64,000 bases of DNA, taken from IMG/VR virus record IMGVR_UViG_3300027541_000009, positions 62,001 to 126,000 of that record; one strand, given 5' to 3'. Shown one piece after another: positions 20,512 through 30,491 of this stretch. The translations under genes were made by a program, and so were the position numbers. Within the stretch, counting starts at the first letter, position 1, and each line of letters begins with the position of its first letter. The notes under the pieces were generated by a model. That model had not been told where the DNA came from, ran no database searches, and worked only from the letters and a program-made list of their open reading frames with translations.

Positions 20512-21179
20512 TGAAACTTTCTGAAAATACTATTTCTATTTTAAAAAACTTTTCGACTATTAATCCTAGTATCTACATTCGAAAAGGTAATGTCATCAGA
20601 ACTATTGCAATGTCTGGAAATATTGCTGCATCTGCAAAAGTTGCAGAAGAATTTGATAATGAATTTGCAATTTATGATCTGAATCAATTTCTTAATGGTC
20701 TGAAACTTTATGATAATCCACAACTAGATTTTTCTGAAGAAAATTGCGTATTGGTGAAGCAAGGAAGTCATACCATTAAATATTTTCTAACTGATCCTAC
20801 TCTTATTTTCGCACCTGAAAATAAAGATATTGTTCTCCCTTCTAAAGATATTTGTTTCCAAATTGATGAAGCACAATTTGAAAAATTAGTTCGAGCTTCA
20901 TCTGTTTTTGGTCTTCCTGACCTTTCAGTAGTTGGGGAAGATGGAAAAATCGAATTGCAAGTTCGACAGAAAGAAAATGTTACATCTAATGAAGTATCTA
21001 TTGTTGTGGGTGAGACTGAGGATGAGTTTTGCTTGAACTTCAAAATTGAAAACTTGCGGATTATTCCTGGATCCTATAACGTAGTTATCTCAAGGCAATT
21101 CATTGCAGAGTTTACAAATCAGAATTTTGATTTGACTTATTTTGTTGGTCTTGAGAGTGATAGTTCCTTCATCTCTTAA
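20508..21179 (+). CDS. gp45: Sliding clamp gp45
   Basis: MKLSENTISILKNFSTINPSI and FAIYDLNQFL motifs. Confidence 0.94.
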   Translation: MMKLSENTISILKNFSTINPSIYIRKGNVIRTIAMSGNIAASAKVAEEFDNEFAIYDLNQFLNGLKLYDNPQLDFSEENCVLVKQGSHTIKYFLTDPTLIFAPENKDIVLPSKDICFQIDEAQFEKLVRASSVFGLPDLSVVGEDGKIELQVRQKENVTSNEVSIVVGETEDEFCLNFKIENLRIIPGSYNVVISRQFIAEFTNQNFDLTYFVGLESDSSFIS

Positions 21180-21187
21180 TTTTTATT

Positions 21188-21598
21188 ATGGACTTTTTGT
21201 TTTATCTAACACCTATAGGTAGAGAAATCATCAGCAGTGTTATGCTAAAAAACTTTAGAATTCAGGAAAATCCTCCTATTTGTAAAAAATATAAAGATTT
21301 GTTTGGATATACTAAAAGTCCCAATTTTGTAATTTGCACAGATAACATTAAAAATAATATCAGTCCAGTATCACATTATGTAAATGAAACTGTATACCAT
21401 GAAGCTGTTCATGTTGTACAATCATGTAAAGGTGGTCCAATTAATATAAAAGACATTACACTTAGTTCTGAAAAATTGAATGATGTAAATCGTTCTGTAA
21501 ATTATGGAACTTCTGCAAGTGTTTATGAAATGGAATCTTATTATTTGGAAGATAAACCTGAGTTGGTTTCAAGTTATTTGAAAAAATACTGTTTTTAA
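21188..21598 (+). CDS. Putative zincin-like metallopeptidase
   Basis: HEAVH (HExxH) with a downstream Glu in EMESY. Confidence 0.55.
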   Translation: MDFLFYLTPIGREIISSVMLKNFRIQENPPICKKYKDLFGYTKSPNFVICTDNIKNNISPVSHYVNETVYHEAVHVVQSCKGGPINIKDITLSSEKLNDVNRSVNYGTSASVYEMESYYLEDKPELVSSYLKKYCF

Positions 21599-21604
21599 TT
21601 TGTT

Positions 21605-22144
21605 ATGAACATTTTTGTTGTAGATCAATGTCCAAAAAAATCTGCTGAACAACTTCCCGATAAACATATTGTAAAAATGCCCTTAGAGACCTGTCAAATG
21701 GTCTCTGTGATATATTCGGATTGGTATTATAATTGGGGAACAATTAACAAAGTAGATGGAAATCCTTATAGCACCAAACGAGGAGCATTCCGTAACCATC
21801 CATGTACTAAATGGGCATCAGAATCTTACGGGAATCTTGCCTGGTTGCTTTCCCATGGACTATTTCTTTGCTTAGAATATACTGAACGTTACAATAAAAG
21901 ACATTCCTGTCAGAATACAATTGAGCAGGCAATTGATATATTTAATAGTAAAAGTGATAGGTTATTCTCTAATTACCAAGATGTAATAGAATTTACTCGT
22001 GCAATGCCAGATGAGTTGAAAAATAATACGTCTATAAGTACAATGGAAGCATATCAAAAATATGTTGCATCTAAACCTTGGGTGAAAGATAATTACCTAA
22101 GAAAACCTGAAAGACTACCTGAGTGGATTTTTAATTATGCGTGA
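21605..22144 (+). CDS. Pyrimidine-dimer DNA glycosylase-like protein (DenV/Pyr_excise-related)
   Basis: MNIF...DKHIVKMPLETCQM and HPCTKW motifs. Confidence 0.65.
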   Translation: MNIFVVDQCPKKSAEQLPDKHIVKMPLETCQMVSVIYSDWYYNWGTINKVDGNPYSTKRGAFRNHPCTKWASESYGNLAWLLSHGLFLCLEYTERYNKRHSCQNTIEQAIDIFNSKSDRLFSNYQDVIEFTRAMPDELKNNTSISTMEAYQKYVASKPWVKDNYLRKPERLPEWIFNYA

Positions 22145-23078
22145 TGACTTTTTGTTTGTTGAAAAATATGCACCAAAAACCATAGATGAATGTATTCTTC
22201 CCGAAGAACTGAGGAAGTTTTTTAATGAAATTAGAAACTCTAAAGAAGTTCCTAATTTAATCTTGTCTGGTCCTCCTGGGATAGGTAAAACTTCTACAAT
22301 TAAAGCTCTATCCAATGAACTTGGATTGGACTTTATGATGATTAATGGATCAGAAGAAGGACGTTTTATTGATACTATTAGAAATAAGGTTCAAACTTAT
22401 GCATCCACAGTATCACTTACAAATACTGGTAAAAAAATACTTTTGATTGATGAGGCAGACAATGTAACTCATGATGCCCAACTTGCTTTACGTGGGGCAA
22501 TTGAAAAACTTCAAAAGAATTGTATTTTTATTTTTACTTGTAATTACAAAAATAAAATTCTTCCACCTCTTCATTCTAGATGTTCAGTATTAGATTTTAC
22601 TATTCCTACAAAAGAAAAACCTAAACTGGCTCTAGCATTATTTGAACGTATTGAAAATATTTTAAAATCTGAAAATATTGAATATGAAAAGAAAGTTCTT
22701 GCACAACTAGTGCAAAAATATTTTCCAGATTTCCGTAGAACTCTAAATGAACTTCAAAGGTATTCATCTACAGGTAAGTTAGAATTAAATTCAATAACAT
22801 CTTCATCTAATGCAAATGTTTTAGAATTAATGGAATACCTGAAAACTAAAAATTTCACAGAAGTCAAGAAGTGGACTACTTTAAATATTGACAATGATAT
22901 TAGTAAAGTTTTACGTCAAATTTATGATGAACTTTATAAAGTATTGGTTCCATCTACTCTTCCTGCTGCTGTTTTGGTTTTAGCAAAATATCAATATCAA
23001 AGTGGTTTTGTGATGGATCAGGAAATCAATCTTCTTGCATGTTTAGTTGAAATTATGTGTGAATGTGAGTTTGTATGA
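22137..23078 (+). CDS. gp44: Clamp loader large subunit gp44
   Basis: VEKYAP, GPPGIGKT, IDEAD and LHSRC (SRC) motifs. Confidence 0.95.
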   Translation: MRDDFLFVEKYAPKTIDECILPEELRKFFNEIRNSKEVPNLILSGPPGIGKTSTIKALSNELGLDFMMINGSEEGRFIDTIRNKVQTYASTVSLTNTGKKILLIDEADNVTHDAQLALRGAIEKLQKNCIFIFTCNYKNKILPPLHSRCSVLDFTIPTKEKPKLALALFERIENILKSENIEYEKKVLAQLVQKYFPDFRRTLNELQRYSSTGKLELNSITSSSNANVLELMEYLKTKNFTEVKKWTTLNIDNDISKVLRQIYDELYKVLVPSTLPAAVLVLAKYQYQSGFVMDQEINLLACLVEIMCECEFV

Positions 23079-23464
23079 GCACTTCTCCTTGGGATTGGGT
23101 AAAAACAATAACGAGTACTAAAGAAAATCTATTAGAGACTGAAGATTTAAAAACTTATGAACCTTTCATAGTAAATAAAGCTTTATCGTATCATTTTGAT
23201 TGTACTTTATATGCAAATGAAATGAATAAGCATTTTTATCTAGATAAAGATATGCAGTATTCTTTTTACTTGCATGGTATTCGTAAAATGAAAAGAGGAT
23301 TTTCTCCTTGGATTAAAAAAGAAAGTATACAAGATTTAGATTATATCAAGGCATATTATGGATATAATAATGAAAAAGCACTTCAAGTTCTTAGTATTCT
23401 CTCAAAAAAACAAATAAACTATATAAAAGATAGACTTGAAAATCGTGGATTTGAAAAACAATGA
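23075..23464 (+). CDS. gp62: Clamp loader small subunit gp62
   Basis: YEPFIVNKALS, ANEMN and YYGYNNEKA motifs; follows gp44. Confidence 0.9.
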   Translation: MSTSPWDWVKTITSTKENLLETEDLKTYEPFIVNKALSYHFDCTLYANEMNKHFYLDKDMQYSFYLHGIRKMKRGFSPWIKKESIQDLDYIKAYYGYNNEKALQVLSILSKKQINYIKDRLENRGFEKQ

Positions 23465-23895
23465 CTAATGTAAATGAACCCCAAGTAAATTGGACACCAT
23501 CTATGATGGTTGAAGTTACTCTAAACGAACCAGATGACTTTTTGAAAGTTAGAGAGACTCTTACTAGAATAGGAGTTGCATCTAGAAAGGAAAAGAAACT
23601 TTATCAATCCGTTCATATTCTTCATAAGCAAGGCAGATATTATCTGACACATTTTAAAGAACTATTTGCTCTAGATGGAAAATATGCAAATATTACAGTC
23701 AATGATGTTCAAAGACGTAATAGAATTGTTCAACTAGTTGCAGATTGGGGATTGATTTCTATTGTAAATCCAGATCAAGTAGTAGATATTGCTCCTCTCA
23801 ATCAAATCAAAGTTATTTCTTTTAAAGAAAAAAATGAGTGGGCACTGGAAAGTAAATATTCCATTGGCAAAAAAGTTAAACCTGAAAACGAGTAA
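23461..23895 (+). CDS. regA: Translational repressor RegA
   Basis: PDDFLKVRETLTRIGVAS and HILHKQGRYYLTHFKELF. Confidence 0.96.
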   Translation: MTNVNEPQVNWTPSMMVEVTLNEPDDFLKVRETLTRIGVASRKEKKLYQSVHILHKQGRYYLTHFKELFALDGKYANITVNDVQRRNRIVQLVADWGLISIVNPDQVVDIAPLNQIKVISFKEKNEWALESKYSIGKKVKPENE

Positions 23896-23914
23896 TCAGT
23901 GATATAACCCGAAT

Positions 23915-23946
23915 AAAATGGGAGTGCTAACCACACTCCCATTTTT
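23915..23946 (+). terminator. Intrinsic (possibly bidirectional) terminator after regA
   Basis: AAAATGGGAGTG-CTAACCA-CACTCCCATTTT. Confidence 0.8.
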
Positions 23947-24023
23947 AATGTAAGAAAATATATAATAATGAAATGAGATGCCCACTGGGATCTCATAAAC
24001 TAAGATGCTCATTGGAGGTCAAA

Positions 24024-24455
24024 ATGACAACTATCGCAAAATACAACACGTCTAACATTCAAAAGTTTTTTGAAGATATTGACAGACTAACAATTGGAAT
24101 GGATCCATTTTTTAGTAGGTTAGATAATCTTCATGTTACTAATTATCCCCCATTTAATGTTATAGATTTAGGGAATGGTCAGCAACGATTAGAAATTGCA
24201 GTTGCAGGATTTTCAAAGTCTGAAATTAGTGTCTACACTGAAAATAATGTTCTAACAGTTTCTGGAACAAAAGAAAGTAGACCTGAAGAAAACTATAAGC
24301 ATCATGGAATTGCTTCTAGATCATTCACTAGAACATGGCCAATTTCAGATGATATTAGAATTGGTGATGTAAAACTTATAGATGGTTTATTGTCTATTGA
24401 GGTATTGAGAATTATTCCAGATCATCAAAAGAAAAGAACTTATAGTGTTCTATAA
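24024..24455 (+). CDS. hsp20: Small heat-shock protein Hsp20 (IbpA-like)
   Basis: NYPPFNV, LEIAVAGF, HHGIASRSFTR and DGLL motifs; GGAGG RBS before ATG 24024. Confidence 0.93.
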   Translation: MTTIAKYNTSNIQKFFEDIDRLTIGMDPFFSRLDNLHVTNYPPFNVIDLGNGQQRLEIAVAGFSKSEISVYTENNVLTVSGTKESRPEENYKHHGIASRSFTRTWPISDDIRIGDVKLIDGLLSIEVLRIIPDHQKKRTYSVL

Positions 24456-24458
24456 ATA
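24451..24458 (+). promoter_or_regulatory. T4-type late promoter
   Basis: TATAAATA overlapping the hsp20 stop, 10 nt before a small ORF. Confidence 0.75.
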
Positions 24459-24468
24459 AAAATAAAAA

Positions 24469-24624
24469 ATGAAAACCTTTCAGGAATTTAAAAAAATTAT
24501 AAATGAAATGGTAGGTGATTTTGGTTCTGGTGTAAGACCACCAAAACCCAAATGTTATGGGAAAACGACTACTTATGCCATGCTTCCCGGAAAAAGAGTA
24601 TGTAAGTTCAAAAGAAAAAGATAA
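24469..24624 (+). CDS. 51 aa basic microprotein with a T4 capsid-targeting-like N-terminus (MKTFQEFKKIINE), absent from the ORF track
   Basis: Translated by hand: MKTFQEFKKIINEMVGDFGSGVRPPKPKCYGKTTTYAMLPGKRVCKFKRKR; has its own late promoter and terminator. Confidence 0.7.
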   Translation: MKTFQEFKKIINEMVGDFGSGVRPPKPKCYGKTTTYAMLPGKRVCKFKRKR

Positions 24625-24649
24625 ATACTTTTGAATATCGTCGGCGCAA

Positions 24650-24692
24650 GAGGAGTACCTGGCAAAATCCAGGTTGACTCCTCCTTTTTTTT
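24650..24692 (+). terminator. Composite intrinsic terminator
   Basis: GAGGAGT/ACTCCTC stem enclosing a CCTGG/CCAGG hairpin, followed by T8. Confidence 0.75.
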
Positions 24693-24734
24693 GTGATATC
24701 ATTGTTGGATACCAAATGTGAATGGAAAAATAAA

Positions 24735-25025
24735 ATGATACAAGGACTATTACTTACAACTAACCAAATCTTAGTAACGGAAGTACATGAAGTGATGGTT
24801 GATTTGGGTGAACCTAATTGTAGGATGGTTAATCCTTGCACAATTAATAGTGATGGTGATCTTGTAAGGTACTTGTCTGATCACACAAATCAGACTACAT
24901 TTATGATTTCATCTGATAAAATTTTAACTATCTTTGATCCACTTACTGATATAAAGGATCAATATAGAATTTTGACTGGATATGTAGAAGAGGTTTCAAC
25001 TAGTGAGGAGGAGGAACTGAATTGA
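24735..25025 (+). CDS. Conserved hypothetical protein upstream of DNA polymerase
   Basis: Start set at MIQGLLL; LGEPNCRMVNP motif; overlaps the gp43 start. Confidence 0.7.
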   Translation: MIQGLLLTTNQILVTEVHEVMVDLGEPNCRMVNPCTINSDGDLVRYLSDHTNQTTFMISSDKILTIFDPLTDIKDQYRILTGYVEEVSTSEEEELN

Positions 25026-27517
25026 GATTTTACACTAATGTAACTCAAAAATTCGATAAAATGTTGGTTCGTGGATATGAAGATGGTGAAAGGTTTAACC
25101 AGGAACTTGAATTTTATCCTACATTATATGTTTTAAGTAAAAAAGAGACAGAACATAAGACACTTGATGGTCAATTTGTAAAACCAATTCAACCTGGATT
25201 GATTTCTGATTGTAGAGAATTTTATAAAAAATATAATGAAGTAGATGGATTTTCCATTTATGGGATGGATAACTATACCTTCCAATATATCTCAGATAAT
25301 TATTCTGAGGATGAAATTAAATATGATATTTCTAAAATTAAATTATTTACAATTGACATTGAGGTTGCATCTGAAAATGGATTCCCCAATGTTTTTGATT
25401 GCTCAGAAGAACTTCTTTTGATTACAATTCAAGATTATAATACCAAGGAAATTATTACTTTCGGGTCTAGGGATTATTCTGGAAATAGAAAAGACTTCAC
25501 ATTTATAAAATGTGAAGATGAAGTTGATCTATTTAATAAATTCTTGGAATTTTGGGAAACTTCATCTCCTGATGTAGTAACTGGATGGAATAATTCACTG
25601 TATGATATTCCATATATTGTGGGTAGGATTGATAGAGTACTTGGTTCCAAAGAGGTTAAAAGACTTTCTCCTTGGAAAAATGTAAGAATTAGAGAAGTAG
25701 AAATTTCTGGAAGGACAAATCTTATTTGTGATATTTCTGGAATTACTATATTGGATTATCTCAATCTCTATAAAAAGTTTACTTATACTAATAGGGAAAG
25801 TTATGCACTTAATCACATTGGTGAAGTAGAATTAGGTCAGAAAAAACTGGACCACTCAGAGTTTGATACGTTTAAAGAATTTTATACAAAAAATTGGAAT
25901 AAGTTTGTTGATTATAATATTCTAGACGTAGAACTTGTAGATAAACTTGAGGAGAAATTAAAATTAATTGAACTTTGTATTATGATGGCATATAATGCAA
26001 AGATTAACTTCGATGACGTTTTTTATCAAGTTAGGATGTGGGATGCAATTACTTACAATTATTTGAGAAAAAAGAATATTGCAATTCCACCTAAAGTTGC
26101 TTCAGATAAGGATGAAAAATTTGAGGGTGCTTATGTAAAAGAACCTAAACCTGGAATGTACGATTGGGTTGTGAGTTTTGACCTTGCTTCCCTATATCCA
26201 AGTCTAATCATGATGTATAATATTAGTCCAGAAACAATTTTGGATAATAAACATCCTAACATTAACATTCAAAAAGTTCTTAATAAAACTGTAGATACTG
26301 AAAGTTATTCTGAGTATGCTATATGTCCAAATGGATGTATGTACAGAAAAGATATACGTGGATTCTTTCCTGAACTTATTGAAAAAATGTTCAATGATAG
26401 AAAACTCTACAAGAAAAAAATGCTTGAGGCTCAGATAAAGTATGAAAAAGAACCATCTAAAAAGTTAAGCAACTTAATTTCTGAATATAATAATATCCAA
26501 CAGAACTTGAAGATTTGTTTGAATAGTCTTTATGGTGCCCTTGGAAATCAATACTTTAGATATTACCGATTAGACAATGCAAAGGCAGTTACCTTTTCTG
26601 GGCAAACTGTAATTAAGTGGATTGAGAGTAAATTAAATACATATCTCAATAAAATTATTGGTACTAAAAATCAAGACTTTATTATTGCATTGGATACTGA
26701 TTCTAACTATTTAAATTTGGGACCTCTTATTAAAAAAGTTTTTAAAGATAAGCAAGTATCAAAAGAAAAAATTATTAGTTTCATCGATACTATTTGTGAA
26801 GATAAATTCCAAGAGTTTATTAATACATCGTTCCAGGAACTTTCTGATTACACCAATGCATATAAAAATACTCTTTATATGAAAAGAGAGGCAATTTGCG
26901 ATAGGGCTATCTGGACCAAAAAGAAAAGATATATCCTCAATGTATGGGATAATGAAGGAGTTAGGTATGAGGAACCTAAGATTAAAATCAAGGGTCTAGA
27001 AGCAATTAAATCATCTACCCCTGCAGTATGCAGAAAAATGATTAAAGATGCAGTTCCAATTATGATGAATCAATCTGAAGATGATATGATCCGTTACATC
27101 AAAGAATGTAAGGAAAAATTTATGAAATTTTCAGTTGAAGAGATTTCATTTCCAAGATCTGTTAATAACTTAGATGTTTATGGATCTAGAGGTGAAATTT
27201 ACAAAAAAGGAACTCCGATGCATGTTAGGGGAGCACTTCTTTATAATTACTATGTAAGGAAGAATAAAATAGATCATAAATATCCAATTATCCAAAATGG
27301 AGAAAAAATAAAGTACTGTGCACTTAAAGTTCCAAATCCTATTAGGGAAGATGTAATTTGTTTTATCCAGAACTTTCCGAAGGAACTTGATTTGGATAAG
27401 TACGTAGACTATACTACACAGTTCAATAAATCTTTTCTGGAGCCTCTTAAAATTATTCTAGATGCTATTGGGTGGAAAACAGAGAAGACAGTAAACTTAG
27501 CAAACTTTTACGCATAA
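25022..27517 (+). CDS. gp43: Family B DNA polymerase gp43
   Basis: Exonuclease DIE and GWN motifs; SFDLASLYPS, KICLNSLYG and DTDS polymerase motifs; no intein. Confidence 0.98.
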   Translation: MRFYTNVTQKFDKMLVRGYEDGERFNQELEFYPTLYVLSKKETEHKTLDGQFVKPIQPGLISDCREFYKKYNEVDGFSIYGMDNYTFQYISDNYSEDEIKYDISKIKLFTIDIEVASENGFPNVFDCSEELLLITIQDYNTKEIITFGSRDYSGNRKDFTFIKCEDEVDLFNKFLEFWETSSPDVVTGWNNSLYDIPYIVGRIDRVLGSKEVKRLSPWKNVRIREVEISGRTNLICDISGITILDYLNLYKKFTYTNRESYALNHIGEVELGQKKLDHSEFDTFKEFYTKNWNKFVDYNILDVELVDKLEEKLKLIELCIMMAYNAKINFDDVFYQVRMWDAITYNYLRKKNIAIPPKVASDKDEKFEGAYVKEPKPGMYDWVVSFDLASLYPSLIMMYNISPETILDNKHPNINIQKVLNKTVDTESYSEYAICPNGCMYRKDIRGFFPELIEKMFNDRKLYKKKMLEAQIKYEKEPSKKLSNLISEYNNIQQNLKICLNSLYGALGNQYFRYYRLDNAKAVTFSGQTVIKWIESKLNTYLNKIIGTKNQDFIIALDTDSNYLNLGPLIKKVFKDKQVSKEKIISFIDTICEDKFQEFINTSFQELSDYTNAYKNTLYMKREAICDRAIWTKKKRYILNVWDNEGVRYEEPKIKIKGLEAIKSSTPAVCRKMIKDAVPIMMNQSEDDMIRYIKECKEKFMKFSVEEISFPRSVNNLDVYGSRGEIYKKGTPMHVRGALLYNYYVRKNKIDHKYPIIQNGEKIKYCALKVPNPIREDVICFIQNFPKELDLDKYVDYTTQFNKSFLEPLKIILDAIGWKTEKTVNLANFYA

Positions 27518-27521
27518 AATT

Positions 27522-28532
27522 ATGGATTTTCTAAAAGATATTGTAAATGAAATTGGAGGAGAGTACACACAACTAGCCTCTGAAATTGATGAAACTGAAT
27601 CATATGTAGATACTGGTTCTTATATATTCAATGCTGCAGTTTCTGGAAGCATTTATGGGGGAGTATCTGGAAATAAAATTACAGCACTTGCAGGTGAGCA
27701 AGCAAGTGGTAAGACGTTCTTTGCACTTGCAGTAGTTAAGAATTTCCTACAAAATAATCCAGAAGGGTATTGTTTGTATTTTGATACTGAAGCTGCAATA
27801 ACAAAATCTCTTCTACAAAGTAGAGGAATTGATACAAATCGTTTGGTTGTAGTTAATGTAGTAACTGTTGAAGAATTCCGAACAAAGGCTTTAAAGGCAG
27901 TTGATATTTACGAGAAAAAACCAGAAAAGGATAGAAAACCTTGTATTTTTGTTCTTGATAGTTTGGGTATGCTTTCTACCAATAAAGAAATTGGAGATGC
28001 TCTCTCTGAAAAAGACACTAGGGATATGACCAAACCTCAACTTATTAAAGGTGCATTCCGAATGTTGACTCTTAAACTTGGGCAGGTTAATATTCCAATG
28101 ATAGTGACAAACCATACTTATGAAACTATGAGTATGTACTCATCTAAGGAAATGTCTGGGGGAAGTGGACTTAAATATGCCGCATCTACTATCGTTTATC
28201 TTTCGAAATCAAAAGAGAAGGAAGGTACTGAAGTAGTTGGCAATATAATCAAAGTAAAAACATTCAAGTCACGTTTAAGTAAAGAAAATAAAGAAGTTGA
28301 AGTTCGTCTTTATTATGATGAAAGGGGACTTGATAGGTATTATGGTCTTTTGGATCTTGCTGAAAAATACGAAATATTTAAAAAGTCTGGTGCCAGATAT
28401 CAAGTTGGAGATGGAACTTCTCAATATGGAAAAACCATTATGGAAAATCCAGAAAAATACTTTACTCCTGATGTAATGCAAGCACTTGATGAAGCAGCAA
28501 AAACAGAATACTCTTATGGTCAACCAACTTGA
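27522..28532 (+). CDS. uvsX: RecA-like recombinase UvsX
   Basis: GEQASGKT, FDTE, DSLG and MSGGSGLKY motifs. Confidence 0.95.
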   Translation: MDFLKDIVNEIGGEYTQLASEIDETESYVDTGSYIFNAAVSGSIYGGVSGNKITALAGEQASGKTFFALAVVKNFLQNNPEGYCLYFDTEAAITKSLLQSRGIDTNRLVVVNVVTVEEFRTKALKAVDIYEKKPEKDRKPCIFVLDSLGMLSTNKEIGDALSEKDTRDMTKPQLIKGAFRMLTLKLGQVNIPMIVTNHTYETMSMYSSKEMSGGSGLKYAASTIVYLSKSKEKEGTEVVGNIIKVKTFKSRLSKENKEVEVRLYYDERGLDRYYGLLDLAEKYEIFKKSGARYQVGDGTSQYGKTIMENPEKYFTPDVMQALDEAAKTEYSYGQPT

Positions 28533-28589
28533 TGTAGGTGTCTGACTACAGGGCATAAAATAGTTTAATATTCATTTACAATACAAATA

Positions 28590-29963
28590 ATGGAAAGAGT
28601 TGAGACTACTATTCTTCGTAATTTACTTTTCAACAGTGAATACTGTAGAAAAGTATTGCCTTTCATAAACCCTGATTATTTTGAGAATAAACATGAACGT
28701 GTTGTCTTTGAAGAAATAAGTAAGTTTATTGTTTCTTATGAAGATATGGCAACAAAAGAAGTTGTCTTAATTGAGGCAGAAAAAAGAACTGATATTTCAG
28801 AAGAAACTTATAAAATTATTTGTGATTATGTATCTAATCTGGATAATGTTCATGTAGACCTTCAGTGGTTGATGGACACTACAGAATCTTGGTGTAGAGA
28901 TCGTGCAATTTACCTTGCACTCATGGAAAGCATCAAGATTGCTGATGGGCAGGATGAAAAGAAAGGTAGAGATGCTATTCCTGGAATTCTTCAGGAGGCA
29001 CTCTCTGTATCTTTCGATGAGCATATCGGACACGATTTCATTGAGGATTACTCTAAACGATATGATTATTATACTAGAGTTGAAGAAAAACTTCCTTTTG
29101 ATTTAGATTACTTTAATAGAATTACTAATGGTGGACTTTCAAAGAAAACATTATCATTGATTCTTGCAGGTCCTAATGTAGGTAAATCACTTGCAATGTG
29201 CTCATTTGCATCTGGATTTCTATCCAAAGGTAAAAATGTTTTATACATTACTTTAGAAATGGCAGAAGAAAAAATCGCACAAAGAATAGATGCTAATCTT
29301 TTGAATGTTAACATCACAGACATTGATAAATTATCAAAAGAAAAGTTTGAGAATAAAATTGTCAAACTTTCACAAAAAACCCATGGTAAGTTGATCATTA
29401 AAGAATATCCACCTTCTTCTGCTCATGTAGGTCATTTCAAATCTCTTCTCAATGAACTTGCTCTTAAAAAGCATTTCCATCCTGATATAATTTTTGTTGA
29501 CTATCTTAATATCTGTGCATCCAGTAGGTATAGGAATAACTCAGCAGTAAACTCTTACACTTACGTTAAGAGTATCTCTGAAGAACTTCGTGCCCTTGCT
29601 GTTGAATATAATGTACCAGTGTTCAGTTCAACTCAAACTACTCGTAGTGGTTACAGTACAACTGACCCAGACATGACTGATACTTCAGAAAGTTTTGGTA
29701 CAGTTGCTACCGTAGATATGATTATCGCAATGATTAAAACTGAAGAACTTGATCAACTTGGTCAGGTAATGTTTAAACAAATTAAAAATCGTGATAATGA
29801 TGTTTCAAAATTTAAAAGATTTGTTGTTGGTGTAGATAGGAATAAAATGAGATTGTATGATGTTGAACAAAATGCTCAAATTCAAGCTCTTGACGAAGCT
29901 TTAGAAGAAGAGTATAATTTTGAGGATGATAAAAAAAGCAAATTTAAGGAATTTAAATTTTAA
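28590..29963 (+). CDS. gp41: Replicative helicase gp41
   Basis: AGPNVGKS, YITLEM, IFVDYL and SESFG DnaB-like motifs. Confidence 0.95.
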   Translation: MERVETTILRNLLFNSEYCRKVLPFINPDYFENKHERVVFEEISKFIVSYEDMATKEVVLIEAEKRTDISEETYKIICDYVSNLDNVHVDLQWLMDTTESWCRDRAIYLALMESIKIADGQDEKKGRDAIPGILQEALSVSFDEHIGHDFIEDYSKRYDYYTRVEEKLPFDLDYFNRITNGGLSKKTLSLILAGPNVGKSLAMCSFASGFLSKGKNVLYITLEMAEEKIAQRIDANLLNVNITDIDKLSKEKFENKIVKLSQKTHGKLIIKEYPPSSAHVGHFKSLLNELALKKHFHPDIIFVDYLNICASSRYRNNSAVNSYTYVKSISEELRALAVEYNVPVFSSTQTTRSGYSTTDPDMTDTSESFGTVATVDMIIAMIKTEELDQLGQVMFKQIKNRDNDVSKFKRFVVGVDRNKMRLYDVEQNAQIQALDEALEEEYNFEDDKKSKFKEFKF

Positions 29964-30436
29964 TGTCTATTTCTATCAATAAGAAAACACTAGAAAACGG
30001 ATGTGCCGAATATACTATGACTGAAACTCCAAAGCATGTTGACTTTAATAAGTATGCTGAATTTGTAGATGCTGTAACTTCTGATGAATCAAAAGACTTC
30101 CTTGCACTTTCAGATCGTCTAGTTGCTCTAGATGAGAAGGGTGCAAATATTGAAAGACTTTTGACTTCTGCCGTTGGTATTAATGCTGAAGGTGGTGAGT
30201 TTATGGAAATCGTCAAAAAGATGGTGTTCCAAGGCAAACCTTACAATGAAGATAATCGTGAGCACTTGATTATCGAACTGGGTGATATCATGTGGTACGT
30301 TGCTCAGGCATGTATGGCACTTGATGTGACTCTTGATGATGTGGTTGCTCGTAATGTGCACAAACTCCTCAAACGTTATCCTGAAGGTGCTTTTGATGTT
30401 TATTTCTCTGAAAACCGTGCTTCGGATGATAGATAA
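29963..30436 (+). CDS. mazG: MazG-like NTP pyrophosphohydrolase
   Basis: AEGGEFMEIVKK, ELGDIMWY and NVHKLLKRYP; follows gp41 as in cyanomyophages. Confidence 0.92.
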   Translation: MSISINKKTLENGCAEYTMTETPKHVDFNKYAEFVDAVTSDESKDFLALSDRLVALDEKGANIERLLTSAVGINAEGGEFMEIVKKMVFQGKPYNEDNREHLIIELGDIMWYVAQACMALDVTLDDVVARNVHKLLKRYPEGAFDVYFSENRASDDR

Positions 30437-30491
30437 TTATTCTTGATTATCCAATTTAAATCTCTCTAAATATTTGGAGAGATTTTTTTGT

